Source: Chara braunii (Eukaryota > Plantae > Charophyceae). Taken from it: a stretch of 64,000 nt of DNA. Under the pieces are notes generated by a model. The model searched no databases and was not told the origin of the DNA. It saw nothing but the letters and a program-made list of their open reading frames with translations. The stretch lies in assembly GCA_003427395.1 (NCBI GenBank), contig BFEA01000034.1:1574997-1638996 (forward strand). Direction: 5' to 3'. Below, in pieces: positions 11,601-24,378 of this stretch. The position numbers and the translations under genes are program-made. Positions within the stretch are counted from its first letter, which is position 1, and each line of letters begins with the position of its first letter.

Positions 11601-14266
11601 ATGACCCGTTTGTCATTTCGAGCAATACAGAGACTTCTATGAATACAGTCAAACGGTGTTTAGATGATTACTCTGATCTTTCGGAAGCCTCTGTGGTCGA
11701 AATCGGTTTTCTTTCTACCGGACCGATTCACCCATGTAGTGAATTGGGGTATGAAGAGAATTAACGCAAGCTCTTCAGAACGATTTCTGGGTATACAGGT
11801 ATCCCTTTTGTCGTGTTCTGTCGATCAGGAAGGCATCTTACTCCAGCGCACTATGCAGAGAGTATCGACGTGGGGCAAAGTCCCCCATCTATCTATTTAT
11901 GGTTGGGTTATGGTGACGAACAATGCTCTTTTCACCCTCATATGGTTCGTGGCCGCTGTTAGACCTCTGAGTAAACATCTGTGCTCCTTGATTAGGGGAA
12001 GAATAACTAAATTCCTCTGGAAGCCATTCACAGGGGATGAGGAAGGCTTTCTATCTAAAGTAGCCTGGGATCTCTTATGCTTCCCAAAATTGGATGGAGG
12101 CTTGGGTCTGACTGATCCCCAAAGGAAAAGTTCCGCGATGTTGATCCGATGGATTATCCGAGCCATATACGCCCCTGAGGGAGAACATTGGGTAGCTCTA
12201 GCTGAAACCATACTTGCTTTGGAATGGAACTTGAAGAGGCCGTCTGATGTATGGCTCTGCATTTTACTTCGCTCTTACCAGAACAGAGCTATCAAATCTG
12301 ATTTTTCGAATGCCATCTTGAAAGCCTGGAAGAAACTGCAACCAAACTCATAGCTTTAACCCTCAACAAAAATGGAGGTGTTACGGCAACCTCTGTTTGA
12401 GAACCCGAATATTCGTAAAGCCGACGGATCTCGGTTTTCGGCAGACTCCTCTCGTATGAATTTTGGAAGGAGTTGGATTGAAAAAGGGGTCCTTAGGATT
12501 GCAGACATATGGAATGAAATTGAAAATCAATGGATTTCCCTCTCGGCCCTCAAAAGTACTCTTGGACTAGTTTGGTTCGTGGAGGAAAGGCTAATTGAAC
12601 TAATTTTGGCTATTTCGGTGCAGTGGGCTCACATTCTGAGTCCAGAAGGCATTGACCCTCCGGGTACCTGGTATACAGATCGTATGTCGGATCAACCAAC
12701 TTTCTGGAAATTGATTGGTTTTGAGAGTTCGGGGAAAAGAGTGTTTGAAGGCTGGGAAGGTAGGGAACAGGACACCCTGGGTAATCTGTCCCAATTAGAC
12801 GAAGTGTCTCACCCCCCCCCGACAACCAGCCTAACACAAACGAAAGTTTGGGAGTGCTGCGATGAGGATGGTCACTGGTCCTGCCAAGTGTTTGCCCAGG
12901 GAACACCTATATCGAACTTGAGATTGGACCCAAAAATGTGGGGGTGGAAGGGTCTGAATCAAGGAGGGGAGGATCGACCTCTTCACCTGTACACAGTAGA
13001 CCAGGATACCAGTTAAGAGAAGATTCCCGCTCTCCCTTGGAGGTGGCTACAACAAGATGGTCTTATACTGTGAAGAGGAATTGATTAGGAGTGCGCTTGG
13101 AAGATGATGGTTTCAGTTAGACCTGGCACCAAATCCCAGGTTGGCTGCAAACTTGTGGCTACTATCGTTAATGGCTACCCCATCTGCGGTGAACTTGGTA
13201 CAAAGAGGGTTGAGGATAAATATGACTTACTGTCGCTGTAGTTGGGTTTTTTAGTCCACAACTCACCTGTGGTACGATTGCCCAGCTTCCAAGTGCATTT
13301 GGGATTGGCTGCAAGAGTTTTGGAGGAAAATCTCCAATAACGAGTTGGTGTGGAACAAGGAATGGGTTCTGTTGGGAGGTCTCCCAGACCATATGAACTT
13401 GAAGAAAGGTTGGGGCTACGTAGCGCAATCTGCCCGTGTTGTTGGCTGCCAGGTGATATGGAAAGAAAGGAATCTGCGGATCTTCCATAACAAAGAGATG
13501 ACAAACACAGAGATCATAAGCATCTTCCGATCCTTTCTCCGATAGACTATTCAAGCCGACTGGAGAAGGAAGGCCCAGGGAAGATCAACGAAGTGGTTTG
13601 ATGAAACATGGGGCCTGGATGGAAAATTGGCCAATCTTGAAGATGGTAAGTTGAGGTTAGACGGGTGGTTTTGGAAAAGTAGATATGTGATACATACCTG
13701 GGCGCTCGGTCTTGGGATGGCAAGATAGGCTTGGAAGAGGAAAAAGCAGAAGGAGTGCTACGCTGTAGGGATCCAAGCGACCATCCCGCCGGATTAGGCG
13801 GGTACTAGCACGAAATAGTGCCATCAGGTAAGTAATAGGGGTTTAGTTACTATGGTTAGATAGGTTTGACCTGTTGCAGGCTTGGTTGGGTTTGGAGGCT
13901 TAGTTTTGGGTCTTTAGTCCCTCCCTCCCCTCCCCCCCCCTCCTTCCCCCTCTATTCCCCTTCCTCTTCATTTGTCTGTTTTCGCCTTTTCTTTGTTGGT
14001 TGTTTGGTTTTGCAGGTTTGAGACATACCTTTTTTTGGGTGGAGGCTGAGTTTTCAGGACAGCGGCCTAGATTTGGCCTTTTCCGTTCCTAGAGTTTACT
14101 CGGCCTTAGCGAGCGTTGCTCGTAAGCTAAACTGGCTGATGCTGCCAGGATAATTCCAAGTTGAATTGTGAGGTTTCCCCCACCTCAATTTGACCTGTAT
14201 AATGGACTCTGAGTTGGAAAAAAAAAAAAAAAAAAAAAAAAAGCCAACAACAACAACAACAACAAC
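8657..14266 (+). mobile_element. Decayed L1/Tx1-type LINE (ORF1 3' remnant, ORF2, 3' UTR, poly(A)+(AAC)n tail)
   Basis: ORF1-like remnant at ~8700-9565, ORF2 domains as described below, pyrimidine/T-rich 3' UTR, A-tract ~14217-14242 followed by AAC repeats. Confidence 0.88.
9601..13690 (+). pseudogene. LINE ORF2 (APE endonuclease - reverse transcriptase - C-terminal Cys-rich region), disrupted
   Basis: APE motifs KIATWNIRGL, DIICLQET, VYAPN, SDHKPV. RT motifs LLYKKGD..RPISVLN, QAAFVRGRSI, LDLEKTYDRV, LRQGCSLAP, ADD, KVAWDLLCFPKLDGGLG. Many stops and frameshifts. Confidence 0.92.
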
Positions 14267-15010
14267 GGTGACCCTTCTGTCAGCGGCCTCCGGGGTCACG
14301 GGCGTACCCTTTTTGAGACCACCTCCGGAGGTGGTCTCAAATTACCTTTCGTTTTTTTTTTTCTTCTATATTCACGAATTGAACAAAATCGTAGACGACA
14401 TAAATCGAGAAATGGGGAGGGAATTGGACAGCGCTAATCGGTGCGCTAATTCCACGGCCCTAAGCGCCGCTTCGGCGGCGCCTAGTGCTAATTGTGGATT
14501 AGGGTTACGATTAGCGCTCTCCCGGCTAGACGTCCCCGGTCCCTCTCTGGTTGTCTCCGAATACGTTCGGCGAGTGCTTTCCCCATAGCTCCTTCCCATG
14601 TTAGGTGAAGGAACTATGGTGGAAGGGTGGTGGACCATTGGGATCATTTTTACTATTCCAAGATTAACTACGACAAAATTTGTTGTGTTCGTCAGTACAT
14701 GGGTCATTTTATTCGAAGACACCATTTCGGGTTTGAAGCTGCCGCTTGGTATTGGCATTTTGTTGATGTGGTTTGGTTGTTTTTATTTGTATCTATTTAT
14801 TGGTGGGGGGGTAATTAACACTTGCTACCCCAAAACCCGGGGACGCGTGCCAAAGGACTCGCAAGAGCCGGGTCCCCGACCGAAGGCGCCGAAGGCATCA
14901 TTCGAGTCTCTATATAGATAGGCTGAAGGCGCCCGTATCTATTAACTGAGTTTGAGTATAGATTGGTATACTTGTTTTTGAAAGAAGACTCTATACAAAT
15001 TGTTATTTTT
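14267..15010. other. Probable extent of organelle-derived insertion (hairpin-rich flanks of the cox3 fragment)
   Basis: Perfect 30-bp palindrome at 14312-14341, nested UUCG hairpin at ~14430-14520, GCAA/GAA-loop hairpins at ~14850-14900. Boundaries are uncertain. Confidence 0.45.
14637..14818 (+). pseudogene. cox3: Mitochondrial cytochrome c oxidase subunit 3, C-terminal fragment (NUMT)
   Basis: Translates to [42 protein letters not shown], the diagnostic plant/streptophyte COX3 C-terminus. IGIIFTI lies upstream in another frame, separated by a ~20-nt insertion. Confidence 0.93.
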
Positions 15011-15120
15011 AAAATGCATGGCCCTGTTTATCTATCATAAAGCGAATTTTAGAGTTAGCCTTGATGACCTCCAAACGTTCGATTTCATGTAAGGAAGAGT
15101 TGAACTGGCTTTGACGGTTT

Positions 15121-17020
15121 GGGGGGGGGGACACAGTGGAGGATGGAGTGAGATATTGGAAGAACGTTGACTTCGCAGGTGGTTTGAAACACCGTAAGTT
15201 CACAGTTTTGAAGGCCGATTTTAACTACGCAAGAAAGCGGTGCTATCTTCACCCAGCAAGGCGTGGGTAATCTTCTCCTTCCTCACCCCGGGGACGTCGT
15301 CTTACCCCTTTTATCCCTATTTATTGAGGCTCTAGGAACTATATGTATTTAAGCGAGATTCGTAATTCTTTTTTTGGGTGGAATTGGTTCGTGTTGATTG
15401 TTACCCTTTGCGATCCTTAAATTTTGGCTAACCTGACCTCTCCCCCCATGGCGACCCCCGCTCCCCCTGATCCCTCAGGGTCTTCTCCATATCTCAATGG
15501 GAGAAAAATCGAATCAAGGGGATCCTCGCGGCTTGCTATACGGAAGGTCTCCTTCCAGAGGAATTGAAAGTCGAGAGTGTAGAAGTTGGGGAGGACGGCT
15601 GTTCAAGAGGAATGGTTATCTGAAAATGCTATCTTTGTCGTTTTTGCTGATAACTCCGCATCTTTGCCAGTAAAAGCCAAAATCCGGCTGACCCGAATTT
15701 ACGAAAATGTCTGGGCAAAAAGAGGGGTTACTGATGCGCCACTAAGAAGGGGAGTTTTTTATAATGAAGGGTTTAATTTATCAACCTACGTGGTATCAGA
15801 TAAGAGGATAGCACAATGGTTGCTAAGGAAGAAAGAAGACAAAGTCACGTTGGACGTTAAAACGTACAAAATTTCCTTCCACCCCTGGATGTCAGAAAAC
15901 GAGTTGTTCGAGTGGAGGGAGGCCCACCGATACAATTTTTTTTGGATTCGTTGCATGTACGTCCCAGTGGCCGCCCTGCCGTACGTGGCAACGATGATCA
16001 AGGATGCATTTGGTACGATATTAAAGAAACATGAAACGTACTCAGAATTGAATTCGCCCGAACTGAGGAACACCCGTTTTGACCTGGAACCAGGGGCCAT
16101 GATCCGTTATAAACCTTACCTGATTATCGATATGAAGAAAGGTGGTTATGTTGAAATCGAGGTTGTTCACTCACATACACCTTGCTGTACAGTTTGCAGA
16201 CAGTACTTCCACAGTGAAGGAGATAAAGAATGCTCCGCCACACAGTCAAACCCCCATGATGGAATAAAGAAGAACGATAAAGAACAGACCATTGATGGCC
16301 CTTCCAATGGGAGGGCCACCGACGATGCGGGGAAGTCTGCAAAAGAGAATTGTCCCCCCCCTGACCTACCTGCTCCCGGGAGTCCTACCCAGGCTATCAC
16401 AGAGGAGGAGAAGGGCAAGGAGTTAGAGGTGAGTAAGGAGGTAAGAGATCCTGTTAACAACCCAGAGCTCAACCAAATGGATGTGACTATGAAAGAAGTG
16501 GGGGCAGTCTTGGCGGGGGTAGGGGGAGACTCAGCCCTGAAGGATCGATCCGACCAAAATTTGAGCCCCCTCTACCCAAAGCTTCCTCAGGATTAGTCGT
16601 ACAACATAATTCCGCACGGAAAGGGAAAAAGAAAAAGAATCCGGCTCCTAAAAAGAAAGCTGAAACTAAAGCGGTTGCTGCTAAGGAATGGAGACGTAAT
16701 GAAAGGCAGAAACAGGCTAAGTTGGATCCAGGTATAGAAAATGGTTCTAAGGACCAACCTCCCCCTCCCTAGGGGAAGGGGGGGGGGGTGGAGTCCTCTC
16801 TTCAGTTAATTCAACCAGTAGGGATGGAATGGGCAGGCACGGATAGCGGGCTGGGAGGAACGATTGACGATCAGATCAGGGATGAGCGAGGGGGTAATCA
16901 ACCCCCCCCCCCCACCCCCCGCCATCCAGGGGTCTGCCAAAGTCGCTTGATCCTAACAAGATTAGAACAGAGCTTCCTGGCCCTGTACCCCGATCACCCG
17001 TTGCCGAATCAGGGGATGAA
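15121..17020 (+). mobile_element. 5' portion of a second LINE (G-rich 5' end, 5' UTR, ORF1), truncated at the LTR
   Basis: Poly-G start at 15121, ATG at 15448 (MATPAPPDP), long ORF 15586-16596 with FWIRCMYVP and a CxxC...H...C motif (CTVCRQYFHSEGDKEC) as in L1-type ORF1, then a low-complexity K/P-rich tail. Confidence 0.6.
15448..16596 (+). pseudogene. LINE ORF1-like protein (RRM-like region and Zn knuckle), disrupted
   Basis: 336-aa open frame with plant L1 ORF1-like W(I)R..VP and Cys/His motifs. The 5' end is frameshifted and there is a premature stop. Confidence 0.55.
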
Positions 17021-17049
17021 CTTGCTACATCAGGCTATTCTACGCACTA

Positions 17050-20000
17050 GACTCGCGGTTTTCATACTGATTGGTGTAATGTTCAACTTGCTGGTCAAAG
17101 TCGTAGCAGACCAGCCGCAGATACTACAAATTTGTCTGTTGCGCGGTGTGTCACTCCTGTCATCAGTCTGCATAAGCAAAGACAGTAGTCGTGGGATGCA
17201 GACCTAGCTGTTAGTCTATGCACGGTTCACTCTATTGGACATAGTAATTACAAGGGGGGGGGGGGGGTAACCATTGCAACTTGGAGGATCGCTAGACATA
17301 TGTCTAGTCTGCGTTTTGGATGTGGTCTGACCGTTATTGCTGCGAGTTTGGGGGATCCTCAGGGGGGCCAACAGTCGGCCATTTACTTCAATTTGATTGA
17401 GTTGCTGCGCATTCTGGCTTCCATTGCGGGGCCCTCAGGCGATTGAAGATTACAAGGCCCTCTCCTCGGAGTTGAGTCTGTCCCCCTCCTGTATATCGAG
17501 AGTCTGAAACCCTTACTTCTGCCCTTCTTACTCTAAGTCTAATCCTCTTATGAGAGGAAGGCGGCAGGCAGGATTTTAACCCGTAGGACCACAGCAAGAC
17601 TCTGTGGGGAGTCAGCCCACCGATTGCAGGAGCTCTGCCGGAACTCAGGGGGAGTTCTGGAGGCAGGGAACTGAGAGGTAACCTTTCATCTCCCTCTATA
17701 AACCCAGCTATAACCCATTATCTGTCTCTTTTGCTATGCTTGACTGAATATATTGCCTGCATCCCTACTTTGACTTTTAGTTTGACTTTCATGACACAAA
17801 CCAGACTAAGTAAAGGAATGTTTGCACAATGTCAGTTTTAGTTTCAGTTTTAGTTTCAGTTTCAGTTTCAGTTTCATTATTTGACTGAAAGTAGATTGTG
17901 GGATTGCATCTGGGGGAAGGATGGAAGGAAGGCAGTGTTGCATGATTTTGACTGGGTCAATTAAAGACTAGGCAAGTCTCCATAAGTTTGGGAAGACCCA
18001 GTGCTATGTTTATTTTTGAGTTGTCTGGAGAACTAGACATATTCCATAAGTTTGGGTGGTCTGGTTGCTCTTACTTGCGAGGGATGACTGTGATTGACTT
18101 TTCAGGGACCAAGCATGTTTCATAAGTTTGGATGGCTTGGTCACCTTGTTTACTTTGGGTTTCTTTCAGTTTCTTTTTGTTTTGAACGAGGAGGTTTGAG
18201 CATGTTCCATAAGTTTGGGTGGCTCAGCCTCTTCCTGCTTTAGTTTTAAGAGAAATGAACCAAGCTGAGGACCAAAACATGTTCCATAAGTTTGGGTGGT
18301 CTTGGTCCAACACCACGCACATGCTGAAACCAGAAGGCTATAACTTGACTATACTTTATTACTATTCTATCTATAAACAGGTTTGTCAGATAGGGTTCCA
18401 TAAGTTTGGGTGGTCTGACTATAACTTATCACAAACTAAAAAGAGTAGTAATTAAGAATGAATTTGTGGTAAAAAGGGGCGGACTGAATGTTGAGCTAAA
18501 GATGATCGATTCAGTTATATGTTACCTCAAAAGACTAAGTGAAGATAATTATATAAATCTTGGATACTTAAACAGTTCAGGACGACTAGGGTGGCTTAGT
18601 CATGTGCCCAAAGAAGAGAAAAGTTGTTGTGCCCTGTGTTTGTGTATACTCCATGGCTAAGCTAGACATGTATCATACGTTTGGGTGGTCTAGCTTTATA
18701 CCCTATGTAAGTTGGGTATAAAGGGATAAATCAGTGAAAAACTATGAACTATTATCTGATAAACTGACTTCGGGGATAATTAGAGTACTTACCTTTGTGG
18801 TTTGACCTGCATGAGACTTAGTGCAACTACTACTTAGTTTGAGTTTCAGTTTGATAGGTAGTTGCTTTAGTTGCTCGCCACTTGCTAGAGCCATAGGAGT
18901 TAGTTTCAATTCCTGCAGTTAGTTTCAATTCCTGCATTTTCTAAGCTAAGTTTATTTTTACTTAGGTCGATTTCTACATTTTTTTGGATTATTTATTATA
19001 CTTGATCTTGTATAAATCTTGGTAAGTCATTTTCTTTACGGGAAGCGCTGCTGAAATTTCTAAAAAACCAAGGAGTCAATCATATTTTGTTTTTTTCAGG
19101 GTCCAGTTTTTCTGACTTTTTCGCTTAGTAAAAATGTGGAAAACCTCATTTTTTAAAAGGAGTGCTGCACAAATTTTTGCTAATTCAAGCAGTTAAACAT
19201 AATTGAACCTTGAATAGTTAAAGTTATTTTTATATTATGAACTTTGTTTTGTATAAATCTTGGAATAACACTTTCTCTACGGGAAGCGCTGCTGAAATTT
19301 TTATAAATATAAGGAGTTAGTCAAATTTTATCTTAGTTGAACTCAGGTTTGCTTTGGGTTAATATCCGACTTAGTACAAATCTGGAAAGACTTCATTTCT
19401 AAAGAGAGTGTTGCCCAAATTTTTACTAATTCAGGGAGTTAGACAAAATTTGACTTTCCACAATTAGAGATTGTTTTTGTTTTCATATTTGAGTTAGTAT
19501 AAATTATGGAAAGACAATTTTCCTACCGGAAGCGCTGCCGAAATTTTCTTAGTTGAAAGGAGTTAGATTACATTTTGACAGGTGACAATTCTAGCAATCC
19601 ACTCTATATAGAGAAGATTCTGCGAAAAGTCTACCTTTTCTTTAGACTCTTACTTAGAGATAGACTTAGACTTAGTTACATGAAAACCTCGAGTGAGATT
19701 GTAATATGGAGATTACTATCGATTTGAACTCATAGATTTAGTTTGGAGATTTGTCTGTATTGTGTTACAGGTCCTCTTGAACGTTTGATTCGAAATCAGG
19801 ACTAGATTCAGCTTGATCCTATAAGGATCACCTTCTGTTATCGCTGATAACAGGTCGGTTGTCGATTCGTCGATCTACGACTCAACTCCAATTCATCCTC
19901 AATACTCAACCTAAAAGACTTTAGCCCTGGTGATTTTTATTGTTTTATTAAGGTTTTCATCCAAACTTTTATTGAATGGTTATTTAACAAAGGTAATAGT

Positions 20001-21341
20001 ATTTAATTATGGAAGGTTGGACAAAGATTGAGGCTTGCATGGCTAAAGCGAGGGGTATGAGTATAGAGATTGGTTGAAGTTGACTCCGTAAAGTGCATGG
20101 ACTTTAGTTAACTCTTTGATGTGATTGCAGGTATGTTCTGTGGTTCGGATCTTTGGATTTGACTGTCTGCGATCACACACATATGTATGGTTGTGAGGAG
20201 TCTCACTGTGATTGTGAGAAGTGATCGTCACATACTTGTTCCCCTTTTACATATATATATATATACCTATATTGGGTGTTCGCGTGGCCTGAGGGGCCTA
20301 CGCTTAAGGGTTTAGTTGGGGTTAAGACTGAGAAAAGAAAAAAAAAAACTCAATTTGTTGTATGCTTCTTAAATAATTCTTCGTCGGACATTGGTCCCGG
20401 GCCTGGATTCAAGGTTCTTGTCCAGGACATCCCAGGTCCTAGACTCCGCAAGAAAGGGATCTCCCCCCTTGCAGAGCCTATTTGCCCTGCCTGTCGGGGC
20501 ACTCAGCCTAAAGACCGGAGGTGTCATGGAGGTCGCACGACTATTCCTTCAGTCGTGCAATGTCGTGAAGAGGTAGACCGTCATGATACTTCAAGTTTGA
20601 CACTTCAGTGTCATAAGCGGTACTCGGATCCACGAGGGACCGCTTGATTATGAACACTATATAGTACGTCATCATTGCGACTGCTTACGTAAGCCTGCAT
20701 TGCAGGTCGATGTGAGTTAGCCCCGCCTCCGCGCGATTTTATACTAAGTCTCTCGTGCGATGATCATCCGATTTTCTCGTCGAAGAGTTATGGGATGGTT
20801 ACTAAGGGACTAGGAGTGCTGCCACGTTGTTTGTTTTGTGTCGTTTTGTGTATGTATGTGTGTGTGTGTTTTTATTTTTATGTTATTTAGAATGGTGTGC
20901 GCATGGTGTGTGGTATGCATCATAATCGACCGACGATGAGTCGCGCTTGGGACCTCAGCCCCCCAAGACGTTGGTTCTCGTGCGGGTCCGATAAAGGAGT
21001 AAAACCGCATGTACCCCCTATGCTACAACGAACGACAAACGCCCTCGGCTGGTCCACCTCTGCGATTGCAACTGATTAGCTTTCGTACTGTGGACTGGCA
21101 GCTCGACGGGGATACGCCCACCGAAGGGAGGTAACAACTCCCGTAAGGTGGAGGTACTTCGTGCCTCGCGTAGGCCCTATCCTGTCGTAGGGGCTCACGA
21201 GAGGTATGACTGACGCACTCGGTCGGAGCGGCTTGCGGAAACTCCATAGGTATTCATGACGAGGATCAGACCAACTCCTGCGTGACGCGGCTGGGAGGGT
21301 CCCGCCCCGCCTTGAGCGGTGCCGGACAGATGCGCTCGACC
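17050..21341 (+). mobile_element. Long Gypsy LTR, copy B (5'-truncated 5' LTR)
   Basis: From ~17420 it is the reverse complement of copies A and C. It ends GATGCGCTCGACC immediately before a PBS. The left boundary is approximate. Confidence 0.85.
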
Positions 21342-21343
21342 GG

Positions 21344-21361
21344 TGGCGTTGTTGCCGGGGA
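21344..21361 (+). promoter_or_regulatory. Primer-binding site complementary to the tRNA-Asp 3' end (Athila-type PBS)
   Basis: TGGCGTTGTTGCCGGGGA versus canonical TGGCGCCGTTGCCGGGGA (2 C>T changes), 2 nt after the LTR end. Confidence 0.85.
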
Positions 21362-21736
21362 TAACGGAAGCCTACCATTGTCCTTAGTGGAACGACATCC
21401 AAGTATAAGATTGAGAGAAAAAAGACATATGAGGAAAGACAAAGTACGTAATGTCTTGCCAGACTATTTATGATGGATAAACGTTATTAATGTAATAAGT
21501 TTATCTCTGATCTGATTGGTTGAACTGAGTTAGAGAACCATAAAGGAAACCCTATAGTGAAAATGGGGTCTATTAAGATGAGTTCAAAGGGAAGGAATAG
21601 GTAGTACTACTCGATCAGAATCGCTAAGTGAATGTCTAGGAAACCCGATAGGCGTCATGGTAAGTTCGGACGCTGCATGAAAGTTTTTTTTCTTCCTCTT
21701 CTTAATAGAGAAATCTGAGTAAGAGGTTCGACCAAG

Positions 21737-24378
21737 ATGTCGGGAGGCATAACTGATGGTGCTGGGAAGGTCTTGACGATCGATGATTTGGTCGAAGCCT
21801 TGGACAGGCGTGAAAGGTCACAGAGCAACGTTCCCAAGGTCGATACCTTCCACTTCAATGGGGAACGAGTCTCTGATTGGCTTGACGTGGTAGAACAAGC
21901 GCTAGTGGGACTATCGGACGCTGTGAAATTTCAGCGGATTCTGAAGTATGTGCTCCATGGCCATCATCAAGAGGTAGAGAAGGTTGTGAATGCAGCTAAT
22001 GGTAGTTGGGCGAGATTCAAAGATGGGATGCAGAGGAAGTACAGACTGGGCGATGGCCTGTTAACCACTGTGGACCTGGAAGCAATGAACAAGGATGACT
22101 TCAGCACAGTGGGAGCCTTCGTACAATAGTTTAAGAAGAAGGCGAGAAAGGTCCCTGGGATCTCTAAGGAGGTGCAGTGTGCTATTCTCTTGGGATTGCT
22201 CACTGCCTCGGAAGCGTCAGAGCCGACGAGCCATGGAGGAGGGAGTGCGAAGCTCACATGGGCCACTATCGACAAAGGGGTAGAGGAAGGAAGTCTGGAC
22301 CAGGTGGAGCAGTATCAGATGCGCCTGCAAAGGCGGAAGAGGAAAGGACGGGATGCGATCGCTTCATGGACCCCGGGAGTGAAGAGGATTATCACCAACG
22401 TGCTTGCGGAGCTGGGCTATAGGAAAGACGCGGTGATACAAAGGAAAGTGGTGATGGCGATCCAAGGAAAAGAGAAGGATCCAGTGATAGAGGAAGTTGT
22501 CCAGGAGGAGTGGGAACAAGAGGAGCCGGTGCCCCAGCACCTTTCAAAAGCGCTACGCAAACAGCGCAACTAAACGCAGGGAGGGCAAGGCTCAGGAAAG
22601 GGACAGGCGCCCCAAGCATTGGCAGTAGCCCCGCCGAGTACAGCGGCGCCGTTAAGTAGCGCGGGACCCTCACAAGCGGCGGTACCACCATGCGGGCAGT
22701 GGCCATGGCATGCGTTTAACACCTTTGTGCCATGGGGAACCCGACTCCATCTGGGCAGATCGTACCATACGCTGGGCCCCAAGGGAGTATGCCACCACCA
22801 AACTATTCCGCAGCACAAGCCCAACCCATGACACCGCCTCCGTCGCCCGCGCCAAGTTCACAAGGCAGTGTGGCAGGTGGAGGCAATCAAGGCCACGGTA
22901 ATCAGGGGAATGGAGGAAGAGGCAGCGGAAGAGGACGTGGCAGGAATGACGGTGACCGAGGAGGACAATGGGATAACCAAGGCTACCAGGCCAGGGAAAT
23001 CAAGGGAGCCAGGGAAGCGGGAGGTCCCGTTTTGATTGGAAAACCGCTATATGCCAGCATTGTGACAAACAAGGTCATACTATACGCTTCTGCAATACTA
23101 GGAGGGAAACTGAAAGGGCAGAGCTGATCTATTCCAATATGGATGGTGATATATACGATCAGTTTGAAGAGTATACTGACCGGAAGGTTTCGGGCGGAGT
23201 AAGGGCGGAGGCTCAACAAAAAAATAGTTGTGCGGCAAGCGCCACCTGCCACATTCAGGTTGTGGCTGGAAAAGGATGATCCACCAACTTAGGTCGAAGA
23301 GGTTGAATATGGTGAGGAAGTGACTCAAAGGCTGCTGGCAGGGACAATAGAGGAGGAACCAGTGGTCGTTGAATTGGATGAAGAAAATGAGGATGAGAAG
23401 GTGGAGCCGGCGTCAGTCCTCATCGGAAAGTTGGAGGATGTGTGGGGAAAGATAGGGAGGTACCAACAAAAGTTGGTAGACATTTGTGAGAAAATGAAGG
23501 GATGGAGGGCCGGTATTCCCAAAGTCTTTCTTTACGAGTTTGGCGCAGAATCGATGCTGGGGCGACCTGGAGTAACTACCGTAGGATCAGGCCCGCGATC
23601 TAGAATGATGGTCAGACCTCCCACGACGCAAGGAAGGATGGCACAGGCGGCTCTCACCAGAGGTCAGGCTAAGGCCAGTGCGAGCCAAGAACATCCGCGG
23701 AAAGAACCAGAGCCAGAGAAGAGAAAGGAGGCCGTAGAGGTGGAGGATGAGGAGGAGGAGGACGAGCAGGATGAAAGGCTGTCGGAAGCTCCGTGAGGAA
23801 CCAACAGAGGAGACACAGGAGGAGGTGTTTTCCCTCAGCTTGTCTGACGTGAACAAGGTCATGGATGTAGTGGCCACACATGAGATGGCGGATCCAGACG
23901 CCATTCAGACACTAAGGGAGCAAGTCCTGAAGTGTCCCAGGCTGGGGAACTGGAGCTGGTCTATTGGCTTCCTGGTGGAAGGAGGGACCCTGCATTGATG
24001 CAGACACAAGCAGTAAGCCGATCTTTTTTAGGGGACGGCTCGAGCAGGGTTCCCAAAGGCGGTACAAAACGATAGACAAAAAGTGTCGCCCAGTTCCTGT
24101 CCTCGTCACGGAATATGAGGAGGTTTATTACGAACGGGAATGAGGATTGATACAGCACATGAGGGAGCAAGCAGCAACGGGGCCGTGCTGTATCAATGGA
24201 GAGAATGAAGAAAAGTTGATAGTGGGAGAGCCGGAGTTCCTGCTACCCCAAGAGAGGGCGCTGATGATAAAGTTGATGAAGAAAAGGCATCGCGCCTATG
24301 CGTTCGGTGACGATCAACGAGGGCGGTTGGACGTAGATAAGATTTCCATGATTCGGATTCATACCGTGTCGCATGAGC
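21737..24378 (+). pseudogene. Gypsy gag(-pol) remnant, internally deleted and truncated before RT
   Basis: Gag-like N-terminus (FHFNGERVSDWL), G-rich linker, CCHC knuckle CQHCDKQGHTIRFC at 23052-23093, and a pre-RT segment (RGRLDVDKISMIRIHTVSHE) that ends at the satellite. Stops and frameshifts present. Confidence 0.8.

Noticed and set aside
14627-14818. Functional cox3 gene
   Set aside because: Only the last ~50 codons are present, frameshifted and embedded among nuclear transposons.
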